A DNA stretch of 64,000 bases from Phoronis australis (taxonomy: Eukaryota; Animalia; Phoronida): assembly GCA_002633005.1 (NCBI GenBank), contig NMRA01000113.1, positions 207,683 through 271,682 on the forward strand, written 5' to 3'. A model generated the notes under the pieces. The model made no database searches. It worked only from the letters and a program-made list of their open reading frames with translations, and had not been told where the DNA came from. Positions 38,901-49,500 of the stretch are shown here, in pieces (position 1 is the stretch's first letter; each line of letters opens with the position of its first letter). The position numbers were made by a program, and so were the translations under genes.

Positions 38901-41603
38901 CATCATCCTGACAGGGGGACATGTACACAGTTGATAACATGAATGGGCTTTTTTGGGTTATAGGTGGGATACCATACTACTGCAAATTTTTTTAGTTTGG
39001 GACACAATACGCCGGGCCGGTCAAGTGAAATTTTATTTTGTCAAATTTCTCAACAAAAATAACTTCAGCATGGTTTGTATGGCATAGCCATTACAAAATT
39101 GCATTTGATAAAATTTTGAGCATTTGGAACAATGTGTTAAGCCTCTGAACAACAGAAATATGACACTTTTAGCTGTTATTTTTGTCCCAAATTAAAGAAT
39201 GTTTACTGCACCCATTTCTATAGGCTGTGGTCAAACTAAATCTATTTCCTCCATGACTACACGAAGTGATAATGTACAATTTGTTACAGACTGACCATTG
39301 GTCATAAGTTTTACCGGATAATCAAATAGAACTTCCAATTTCAACTTTCTTTCGCTATTCAACTCTGTTTAATCCCAATACAGGAGTTGCTTGTCAGTCT
39401 GATTAATTGGAAAATAGGCTTTTGCTTGTTTGCGTTGAGTACGGTACCAATTTAGGACACAATATGGTCCACATATAATTTTTTTTTTCATTTTGTAAAA
39501 AAGATATGTACCAAATGAATGCTCATGTTGTTTTTAGATCTATGTCATGTCTAACATCCGATAATCATTCTGAGAAATTCTGGCCATTCATAGCAATGTA
39601 AGAAACCTTTGAAAAATGAAAAAATGTCATCAAACTTTCGCAATCATTTTTGTCCAAAAATTGGCAAGATTTTACCGTATGTCTGGTATTTTCACGATTT
39701 TAATATCAACTTCCGTATTATTTTCTGACAAGCTACATGTCTTTTGCCACACACTACACTTTTTGCAAACACATTTCTGTCATAGCAAAACCTGCTCTCA
39801 ATTAAATTGCTGTTTGTGAAAGGAGTGGGCCTTTAAAGCCCCATGCAGGGACACTGTTTTCGGTTCATGTTTTTGAGTGGATTTCTTAATATGTCGAGTT
39901 GACTTTCTGTAATTGACTGGATAACCCCACAAACCATATGGAGTTCATTGATTGCTCCATCTTAATTTATTCAAGTTTGAAATTTTAATATTGGATTGTC
40001 CTAATTAGGTTTGCAAGTAAAGAATGCTGTTTGAGAAAATCTCGGTTACTGCCGGTGCTGTCGGTTTTGCTTTTCTGTGCTTCAGTTCAGTAGCAACTTA
40101 ATTATGTCTTCACAGGACTGATGTATTCTGGAAGAATTTGAGTGAAGATCTGGTATCATTCTGTAACCATCGCCATGGAGCTGTCACCGTAGATGAGTCA
40201 GACGTAAAACTTCTCATGAAGAGGTCAGTATATGCCCTTGAAAATGAAACCAGTCGACCTTTTGTAAAGCGTAATGTACAGTCAAATCTCACCATTTCAG
40301 AAGCAATTTGCACATGATTTTAACAGTTATTAGGGTGTGAAAACATGTTATAATCCTAATGAAAAACTGGTACAGCATGCGAGTTGGATGCGACAAAGGA
40401 AGTGATAAAGGCATGTAGTATGTTTACGAAACTACAGTAATGAGGGCTATTATCTGTTGTAGAGATGTACGCTTGTAAAGAAGCCATCTGTAGTGAACAG
40501 TTGAAACCAGTATAAGGCAGTAACAGTAGAGAGAGACACTTTTATTTTTTTAAATCACATAAAACATACTTTGTAAGTTATATGACTGGGTGGCCAGCAA
40601 AGGCACGGGCCGTTAATAGGCGACCACCGAGTAACAATAAATTAAACAGATATTAATACTTAAGAAGAACTATATAGATAACAACAGAAAAAATACATCT
40701 ACAATAAAATAAAATACATTGCAAGTTTATTTAAATTAAATGTATTTTACAAAGAATTAAACACAGAGACTATTTATACAAGGAAAACCGCACGGTTAGA
40801 AAAAGCATATGACTAAGATGTAAGACTTTGCACGTACTCTGTACATTCTGTTTTCAAGTCGGAATTTTTCGACTTAACTTTTTCACTACCACACGTGCCT
40901 TTCGACAAGTTATCTGGTCACTGCCCAACACCCTAATTGACGAGTTGGATACTTTTCCATTCTTGACCCTCTTAATTCTAAACTCCATGGGAGATAACTA
41001 CTTTAATGACATCAGCAGACAATGGGATGGCACCTGTACCAAATCCTGAACAAAAGTCATTATTTTCACATTTACTGAAAAATTTTTGGTAAATCTGTCA
41101 AATTACGATCGATGGAATGGTCTCTAAATAGTCGGACTATTTGACTCAAAATTCAAAATGATTGTGATTCAGGATCCGAGTTCTAAGTGTCACTCGGTAG
41201 AGAAGGTATGCACCAGGGTAAGCTGGGTGTGACTTAAAACTAAAGCCCTTCATTGACCGTTGGTACTGATTTTTTTATCTGAAATCTCTGCCTGGCAAAT
41301 ATCTGCCTCAATGTACAATATTAAAATTTCAGTGTGTATCCAACCTCATCTAAGTTTTATAACAAAGCAACTGCGAATAACAATTTTAGAGCATTTTAGT
41401 GATTGCACCCTATGTTATACCTATCCTCAACACTTAAGTGTCATAATGATTTTCTTCAATGTGTTTCTTTTATTTACAGGCAGCGTTTCATAACCAAGAA
41501 CCAGTCAATGTATACTCTGGTAGAGAAACATCTTCCACTGGAGTACCGACAGGAAATCATACCTATGGCTAAATCAGGAAACAAAGTTGTTCCCAAGTAC
41601 TGA
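26723..41603 (+). CDS. CENPT: Centromere protein T (CENP-T), spliced gene model of about 520 aa
   Basis: GT-AG exons: 26723-26917, 30528-30738, 31974-32030 (or 32058), 33902-~34020, 34560-35017, 36735-36845, 37576-37752, 40116-40223, 41480-41603; phases match at all junctions if the 32030 donor is used. C-terminus LPISLTKGIFQHYSRSRVSKAAMAEVEKMTDVFWKNLSEDLVSFCNH…TVDESDVKLLMKRQRFIT…LVEKHLPLEYRQEIIPMAKSGNKVVP matches the CENP-T histone fold (vertebrate LLMRRQ…VERHLPLEYRQLLIP…SGN); N-terminal TPRTL motifs. Exons 3-4 uncertain. Confidence 0.88.
27278..28613. mobile_element. Non-autonomous Kolobok-like DNA transposon in the first coding intron of CENP-T
   Basis: TTAA|ggatatctcaaaccatattta … taaataaggtttgagatattc|TTAA; 21-bp TIR with 2 mismatches, TTAA duplication, purine-purine start. 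Confidence 0.7.
28863..30079 (+). mobile_element. HINE-like element, copy 3 (opposite orientation, MITE inserted at about 29228-29527)
   Basis: ctagtggca-type monomers; 3' end gggtgcatatcaatgctccaccttgctcttgtt resembles the reverse complement of the copy 1/2 end. Confidence 0.55.
30528..30738 (+). CDS. CENPT: CENP-T coding exon 2
   Basis: tctccag|IQGFLNV…DEETPRTIIKNFLVN G|gttagt; completes TPRTL|IQGFL across the intron. Confidence 0.8.
31974..32058 (+). CDS. CENPT: CENP-T probable exon 3
   Basis: tttag|(A)DEETPERQVLTETESTPS; donor either after 32030 (gtgagc, phase 1) or after 32058 (gtatgt, phase 2). Confidence 0.55.
32065..32638 (+). mobile_element. HINE-like element, copy 4 (degenerate; 5' limit approximate)
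   Basis: 3' end gtgggcgcatttcaatagtctttgttgctcttgtt at 32604-32638; cctagtg monomers at about 32223 and 32432. Confidence 0.5.
33902..34020 (+). CDS. CENPT: CENP-T probable exon 4 (acidic)
   Basis: ttcacag|…ASQGAEESVFEEEHSGFSGLESIAEDESEVDRDDMVQED; phase-0 donor options after 33990, 34008 or 34020. Confidence 0.5.
34560..35017 (+). CDS. CENPT: CENP-T exon 5 (Asp/Glu-rich linker)
   Basis: Part of ORF 34533-35042; aag|GAELHR…DDDDDDEEDGEEEE…VKSS AG|gtattg. Confidence 0.7.
35133..36035. mobile_element. Possible hAT-like non-autonomous element
   Basis: caggcttctccat … atgaagaccctg imperfect TIR; subterminal gagggcgc/gcgccctc motifs; no clear TSD. Confidence 0.35.
36085..36234. repeat. 30-bp minisatellite, 5 copies
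   Basis: aaatggtgattggacaggaatgatcagtct x5, one substitution. Confidence 0.95.
36735..36845 (+). CDS. CENPT: CENP-T exon 6
   Basis: cttcttgtag|…TPLVQETLDRFAVKPRTRPLSPSLVTPLLLKQAKQP AC|gtaggt; phase 2 at both ends, fits both neighbours. Confidence 0.65.
37576..37752 (+). CDS. CENPT: CENP-T exon 7 (start of histone fold)
   Basis: tttcag|…FRLPISLTKGIFQHYSRSRVSKAAMAEVEK AT|gtaagt. Confidence 0.85.
37779..38779. mobile_element. 1-kb MITE/non-autonomous TIR element containing a Pol III A/B-box (tRNA-like) segment
   Basis: gctaa|cataggcggatttagg … cctagatccgccactg|gctaa; tggtgtagtgg at 38454 and gagttcgagtc at 38496. Confidence 0.65.
40116..40223 (+). CDS. CENPT: CENP-T exon 8 (histone fold)
   Basis: tcacag|TDVFWKNLSEDLVSFCNHRHGAVTVDESDVKLLMK AG|gtcagt. 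Confidence 0.9.
41480..41603 (+). CDS. CENPT: CENP-T last coding exon
   Basis: tttacag|QRFITKNQSMYTLVEKHLPLEYRQEIIPMAKSGNKVVPKY*. Confidence 0.9.
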
Positions 41604-44587
41604 ACAAACAGCTCATGGAGCACGTGCTGTTGTGTCTTACTGACTGGAGAGGCTTGATGTTGATCATATGAAGCTGAATTGAGTCTTCGCCCTAGATATG
41701 CTTTCCAGCACTTTCTGGGCTTAACTCTTATTATTACTCTGCGCCTATCAGCACAGAGTCTCGTTATTCTCGGGTTCTTAATATCTTTTTCTTGTTGTCC
41801 TTTCCGACTTTTTCTGGAGCTTAATAACACTCAAGACGACTCGATTTTCAACTTTGAAACTTTCCAAGTACGCCATCCATAAATGTTTCTAAAATATATA
41901 GGTACAAAGGTCAATTAATTTTCAAAATGTTATTTCTCCTACATTTTGCAAGGAATTCTTTTCAATTTGAGTATACAGGTGTAAGTCTACATGCCAATCA
42001 AATGCATTACTTTTCTAAGTAAATGGGTCATCCAATCACTAAGTTCATTGAGTGCAAAGTTTAGCTAAGATTTTGAGCTAGACACTTCAAATTCACGTAT
42101 CTGATTGGTACATGTAATGAGTTCCAATCCAAATTTCCAGGTCATTTGGTGCAACCATGGGGTCATTAGGTCAAAGGATATCTAAATATCTATTCTACTG
42201 TGGCAACAGTTAAACATCTGTGATTCAGCATGATCCACTTTTTTATTTTCTTTAATGTTTAGTTCTGCTATGGTATACGAGCCACCAGTAAGGTTGTAAA
42301 CTTTCGAAAAAGTCTCACTTGTGCAGTCACTGTCACTTTCTGACAATAATCCTTCTAGTTGTACATTGTTTTTTGCAATATTGAAAAAACAGCATTTTCG
42401 GAGATTTTTCTGTCGTAAAAAGTCATTTACTACTTAAATTTTAATTAGCATTTTAAATTTTAGAAAGAATTTTATATTAGTGTCCAATGAAATTATCCAA
42501 CAAATGAATTATATGAATGAAAGCATTTGAAATAAACCACGCAAATTTTGTGTAAAATTTCATCTTTTCCTAATTATTGAGTTTCTGTGCTTAAGTGATT
42601 TGTACTTGTGATTTGGTGTTTTTAATGCAAGCTATAGTAATGCTTCGTTTCTCTTATCCTGAAAGCAGTAGAGTGGCGTGTCACCTTTGTCAAAGGATAC
42701 TGTAAAACTGTTAGGGACAGGCCTATTCAATTAATGTAGTTGATTAAAAATATGACTACAGTACACACAGAGAATGCGAGCGTCTGTGAAACTATCCAAC
42801 AGAAAACACTTTTGCTTTTAATAAAGTTTGTGTAAACGGAAGACCTGCTACTGAACTATAGGGAGTTGATCAAGTGTAGACATGCTTAGGACTGATTATT
42901 GTACTGCACTTGTCCATCATTGAAAATGCTGTTTGAATATGATAAAAATATTTCTCAAATCAATAGAGTTTTGAAGACAAAAAAATGTGCTTTTGTTGTA
43001 TAATAATTCAATGATTAAGATTCTGAAATTCAGCATACATGTTTTGGTTCAATTTGCATACATTGCCATTATTGGAAGGTGAGTAAATTGCCAAATTTAT
43101 GTGGGTTATTGTATGGTATTCAGTGTTGTCCGTGGCTCAGACCAGTGTGCGAGGGTTCCTGATGAATAATTTTGATCACTATTGAGTGTGCCATACAAAC
43201 TCATATTTTCATAGATCTGAATTCTATAACTGCCTCATTTTGAGACTCAGTGATCCTCTGAGTTAATGCAATAAGATTTGAAAAGTTGTTGATTTATTAC
43301 CTAGGCTTGTGCACAGGATGGAAGGTTAAAATTCTGTCATTTTTCACAAAGTAATAGTGAAGTGAGCAATACATTTCTCCTGGAAGCTGTTTTCTTTACC
43401 TCTAATTACGGAGCATACCAATTGTAAATAGTGTATAAATAAAACTTAACTGTTCATTAACAAAATGTGTTTTTATTAACAGTGACATAACTGTCCAACA
43501 ATTCATAGTTTACATTACATTCAATAAAGAATTTAAAAATAGCAGTACACCAACCTCTCCACATACATAACTTAACCCAAAATTAATAATGAACTTGTAC
43601 AAGTGAAGGCATGCAGTGTCTTACACTGATTTAAATTACGATGGTGAAGTAGCATTTCATCATCATCATACATGGAATTTCTCTTACAAGATGCAGCAGG
43701 TTCTTATGAAATACACCAGGTCTGTGAAACCTAGGGAAGTAACCACAATCAATTCCAATTACCTGGTTTGGTGAGTTTTGCTGTATATGTAACAAAACAA
43801 GAAAGGAATATGGCATTGGCCAACTTTAATAACACGGTTTGTATTGGCATGGTCATCCAAACGTGTGACAGATACGCCGCTCCAACTGTATGGATTGCTA
43901 TAATACAGAATAAAGTTAACGCACCCTATTAATTATAAAATTGTTGATTTACTCATCTAAATAGCAGGAAACTAAAAAAATAACCTGTACCCTTCATTCA
44001 ACTCCATACCTGCGTGTCGTCTTACAAGAAGGAGAAGGGGTTATATTGTTTTTACAAGATGAACACAGCAACTGGAGTTAATTGTACACACTCAACTAGA
44101 ACATTCAAAACAGACACACTGACAATAAAAAGTGAAGAAGTCTGAGCAGCATCAATTTAATACACCTCCACAAGACCGAGTCTCACAGTTACAATATGCA
44201 CCATTGGAATTTGAGTGGAAATGATGTAGTGGCATATGAAAACCGCTGACTTTTAGTGATAACAGGTTGTCCATGCAGGTCTCACTGAAAACATTTTATT
44301 CACAGTATATGCTTACCAGACACAACACTAAAAAATGTGATGTCTTGCTATAGTACCAAATGGTCACAAACAAAAGGACTAGGTGGAACTGATAAGTGAA
44401 ACTATGTTGATATGGCCCAAATGATTTTATAATTTGTAATAAAAAAACGTTTGTTATGTAGAGGCTGAATTGTATAATTGTTATGGTTATCTCTGTAGAA
44501 TATGTGCCTGTATATACTGACCGTGAGAGTCTTTGGAAAACTGTAAGTTTATGGTTTCAACAATCCAGTGAGCTATTAAATTAATAT

Positions 44588-44760
44588 ACTGTAAACGTTC
44601 GGGTTAACGCCCTAGGCAGTTAAATTGGCAAACCCAAAAATTCAGGGATGGGCGGTTAACCAGACATGGGCGCTTAAAAGTGAAATTTCAAGAAATCGTG
44701 GGTGGGCGGTTAACCGGACATCGGCGCTTATTACGACAGACAAGTGCCCTAGGCGGTTAA
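44588..44760. mobile_element. Short MITE remnant
   Basis: ta|ctgtaaacgttcgggttaacgccc with reverse-oriented gggcggttaacc repeats at about 44650 and 44705. Confidence 0.45.
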
Positions 44761-45305
44761 TCTTACCTCATGACCTGAGTCCCCACATGACACACGTAGG
44801 GGAGATTGGGGAAAAACGGCCCACTGAGTAAGACAGCCACCTCCTCAGTTTTGTAGTTTAACAAGAGTGGTGCCAGGTGACTACTACACCGGTTTATTGC
44901 TCGACCAATAGGGGTCATGACCACATAATGGTACGAATCTAGCAGAACTGCAGACGACATAAATTGTGGCAAGAAATATTAGATGCCCTTCGAAGTTAAG
45001 TGAGTCACAACCTCCCTTTTGTAGCATATTTAGAAAATGTAATGTACGTAATAAACTTGATTGTGTGATTATAAGCTTAACAGTGGTGCCTTGTGAATGA
45101 GAAAATGACAACAAATTTAAAATGACCTTGACTTAGTTTTCTCGGTGCATGCTTGAGTGTGGTGATGTCATTGAAGAGTAAGACGGACAGCTGAGTAGTG
45201 GAGTAAGACATCTGACAGGGTGACCATTTTAGATAGCAGAACTAATTTTTAATATTTCATTTTCAGATAATGCTGTGGAAATATATACAAACATCTTCAA
45301 GAAAT

Positions 45306-45480
45306 GCTTGGGAAAGTGAGGACATGGAGAACACAATCGCCGCAGTGAGAAGGGGAGAGATGGAGTACAAACTGCTGCAAGGCAGTTTGGAGTAACGGTC
45401 GAGAACTACTCTGAAGTGTAGATTTAAAGACCAGAATGTTCAGGTGAAAGGATCCTCCAAAGTTCTTGGTCGTTTTACAG
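45306..45480 (+). pseudogene. Pipsqueak/CENP-B-type HTH remnant (pogo-like transposase N-terminus)
   Basis: WESEDMENTIAAVRRGEM / TAARQFGV / RTTLKCRFKD…KVLGRF across frameshifts. Confidence 0.6.
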
Positions 45481-45511
45481 TAAGTAATAAAACTAATTAT
45501 ATTGAAAAATT

Positions 45512-46531
45512 AGCCCTTTCTCGTTATTAAAAAGATAACTGAATTTTTGTGTAAAATTCAAGCTGAGAGATCAAGACCCTTGATTACGGTTCAAGTGGAC
45601 CACCTAAGCCCTGTTTTAACTGAGATGTGCAAGACTGGTGACAACCAGATAAGACTTTTAGCGATTTAAATGTAAACGTAAATGATGCTCCCAGTGAGGA
45701 AACCGATAATCAATAATGTGATGAAACTGAGATTGGTCTAGATAGCAGCATTCCCACCGAGCCCNCCCGTGTTGGCAGGGATGTCTATCTTTCCCAGAGA
45801 GGTTGTATTATTAAGAAACCTGCTCGATTTCTGTCCCCATAATTTAACTTACATGTGTCACTTTAGAGAATTGCATCCAGAGGCTGGTGTTGAATACGAG
45901 GAAATAGTGCAAAAGGGCTCCAGCGACAGGTATACGTGTAGGGAGTGTGCACGGGAGTTCGAAAAAGTGTCAGAGGTGTTTACCCACGAAACAACCTGTT
46001 GCCAGACTGTGGGGCTGTACATATGCCCATGTGGTTTTAAGTCCCCCCGTGCCCACCAGATGCTACGCCACCAAAGGAAGGCCAGCCACACCGCCACCCC
46101 CTACAGGAGGAAGTCGTGAATAAGAAATACTGGAGACGAGTTTAGGAAGTGAAGCTGAGGACGAAGATGGAAGAGCTGTACAGGGAGAGTGTTCCATTTA
46201 AGGATGTAATTCTAGAAAAGTTTAATGGGGACGAGGCTACCTTAATGGAATGGGAACGGTGTCAAGTTGTTTTTGTTGGAGTTTGAGTAAATCATTGTTA
46301 CTGTTAAATGTTTCTCCACAGTTAATTGTTGTTGTTTTATATACAGATATTTTATTTCTAGCATTCAATCATTGTCCAACCGGTCAGGTCTTTGTATGTG
46401 CAAGTTACTATCGTTATTTAAAATATCTTGTTATTACGAATTGAAGTTGTCCCTCACTGCTACTACTGTACAATTTTGATCTATGTTAAATGACTTACAT
46501 TAAATCTGAGGTTGGGGGAGTGTGACGGGCT
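45512..46531 (+). mobile_element. Element Y: 3' end of an old Gypsy element (integrase GPF tail, extra ORF, polypurine tract, start of 3' LTR; LTR resumes at 51272-51308)
   Basis: PFLVIKKITEFLCKIQAERSRPLITVQVDHLSP (45513-45612) resembles the integrase GPY/F module; purine tract gaggttgggggag 46508-46520 followed by TG at 46521; N at 45765 lies inside. Confidence 0.55.
45769..46119 (+). CDS. Small ORF with two C2H2-like zinc-finger motifs
   Basis: YTCRECAREFEKVSEVFTHETTC and YICPCGFKSPRAHQMLRHQRKASH. Confidence 0.5.
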   Translation: MLAGMSIFPREVVLLRNLLDFCPHNLTYMCHFRELHPEAGVEYEEIVQKGSSDRYTCRECAREFEKVSEVFTHETTCCQTVGLYICPCGFKSPRAHQMLRHQRKASHTATPYRRKS

Positions 46532-49500
46532 TGTGATGATATCGTTCCACATTTTATAGCTGCTCACGGTTTACTGCCCGATCCAACTTTTAACATACCC
46601 CTTGCCGGAAGTTCAATCATTGTGCTTTTATTACAACATTACATGCCATAATCGGCATGACATGGTGGCAACGGCCTGGAAGTGACCTGCAACTTCCACA
46701 CTATCAGGCAACCGTGAGTAACCCGTTGTAAACAAACATTACATTCTGTGAGTTGTCGACGTAACGTTCCGACAAGCAACGACTCACCATCCGCCACGTT
46801 CAGTTTCATACAGTATCTTGTGTTATTCTACCCTCACCCTTCGACGATTTGGCTACACAATCCGTGTCAGTGCCTCAATTTGACTGGGGATCACCCAACA
46901 TCGCCGAGTCGTTCCACCTTTTCCGACAGAGAATGGAACTATACTTCACCGTCAAGGGCACAAAGGCAAGTGAGAAGGTTCCCATCATTCTCCTTGCCAC
47001 TGGGGAAGAGGGCCTGCGACGATACAACAGTTGGTCCCTAGGCGAAGAGGATCGCAAAGACGCATATAAAATATTTTCCGCTTTCATCGAACAGCTAGAG
47101 CCTGCGACAAACCACCGTGTTTGCAGGCTGGAACTCAGCAAATACTACCAGAAACCATCGGAAACGACTGACACATTCATCAACCGATGCCGGCTACTAG
47201 CAAAGAAGTGTGACTTCACTGACGCCAAGGCAAACGAGCGCCTGGTGGAACTGCTGATTGCAAGTACACCCATCCCTGAGCTGCAAAAAGAACTACTCAA
47301 CAAACCGAAGGGTTTCACAATTGAAGCGGCTGTACAGCTAGCTCGTACACACGAGGCATCTGCACAGTATGTCACCCAACTACACACCTTCCAGAATCCC
47401 CATCCACAGGTCGCTGCCGTAAACCGGAACGGTTACCAATACTGAGGGCGTGACAGGAACAGACAAACTCTGTGTCGAAACTGCAGCCATGACCACACTC
47501 TCGGCAGAGACTTCTGCCGCGCCAAGAATGACACCTGCGGTGTGTGTGGCAAGGTAGGCCACTGGGCCACGGTCTGCTTCTCAGCAAAACGTAAAACTAG
47601 GAAACGACAAGGGAGATCAAACTCCAAGGGTCGCAGCCAGTCGCGGCACAGACAAGCTGGTTCCATACAGAAGGTCGACAGTCTCGATAAACACGACGAC
47701 CACGCCATGAACAACATGAGAGCAGCTATGGAAGGCCTCACCTTCAGCACTGTCCACACTTCCAACAGAGATCCCGCTGGTGTAAGAAATGCCCGAGACG
47801 AAGCATTTGTTGATCTACGCATCAAGCTGAGTGACCACCCAGGAACTCACAACTTCAACCTGAAGGTAGACATCGGGGCACAAGCGAACACATTACCTGT
47901 ACGTGTATTCCGACAGATGTTTCCGAACAGCGTAGACAAGTCTGGAAACCCAATTCCTGAATCACTCATCCCAGCAGGGTGCCTGCTAACTGCCTACAAC
48001 AGCACGAAGATTAACTGCCATGGCACCACAACCATCCAATGTAAATACAGACTCCCCATGGACCAACACTGAGTTCTACGTCGTCGACGTCACTGGACCA
48101 GCGATACTAGGCCTGCCAACCTTAGAAGCGCTCAACGTCGTAACGTTGAACTGCGCTGTGTCACCCCAACAACCCATTCACAGTGTCGCTGACTTGATGT
48201 ACCTCTACCCAGACAGGTTCGACCGCATTGGCGAATTCCAGAGAACTCACAAGCTCATGGTTAAGCCTAACGTACCATGTCATGTAGACCCACCGAGAAG
48301 AACACCAATCGCTATGCGCGAGAAAATCAAAGCTGAACTCGACAAGATGGAATCACAACAGGTCATTCGTCGTATCGAAGGGCCGACTGACTGGGTGAGC
48401 TCGCTTACATACGTAACCAAACGAGACAACACAATAAGAGTGTGCCTGGACCCCCGAGCACTAAACAGAGCCCTCATACGACCATACCACCAGATTCCAA
48501 CAGTCGAAGAACTCAACCATCGCTTCGCTGGCACTAAATTCTTCTCGAAGTTAGACGCGAAGTCGGGATATGGGTCAATCAAGCTTGACCAAGAAAGTCA
48601 AGCTCTGACGACTTTCCAAACACCGTTTGGACGGTATTGTTTCCAACGGCTCCCTTTTGGTCTCAACGTCAGCCAGGACATTTTCCAACTCGAAATGGAT
48701 AGAATCCTTGAGAAGTGTAAAGGCGCATGTGGAATCGCCGATGACATCGTCATCTATGGGTCAACAAAGAACGAGCACAACGAAAATGTTAGACACTTCA
48801 TGGAGATCGCAACCCAGGAGGGACTTACGCTCAACTCGAGCAAGTGCAGCATAAAACGCCAAGAAGTATCCTTTTTTGGAAATTTGTACACTCACACTGG
48901 AATGAAGCCCGACCCAGCCAAGATTCGTGACCTGCAGGAGATGTCAGAACCACGTGACAAAACGCAACTGCAGCAATTCCTGGGTGTGATGACTTACCTA
49001 TCTCGCTTTGTCAAAGACTTCAGTTCCAAAACCGCCATCTTACGTGACCTCCTTCACAAAGACTCGGAGTTTCTGTGGAAACCACACCACCAAAGAGCCT
49101 TCACTGACCTCAAGAGCGAAATCTCTGAGACATCGCTTCTCCAGTACTTCTACCCAAAGCTCCCAATCTACATGCACTGTGACGCAAGCCTCCAAGGCAT
49201 AGGCGCCGCTCTATTGCAACCCGATTCTGCTGGCACTCTTGTTCCTGTTGTCTATGCCAGCAAGAGCCTGACACCAGCTGAACAGATGTACGCATGTATT
49301 GAGCGTGAGTTATTGGCAATCGTATTTGGCACCCAGAGGTTTCACACATATTTGTACGGTCACACTTTCCAGGTACTCACTGACCATAAACCACTCGTGA
49401 TGATCATTGACAAACCCCTCACCTCAGCTCCAGCTCGCCTCCAGCGGATGCTTATCCAACTTCCGGGATACAACTTCAACCTCTGCTATAACAAGGGATC

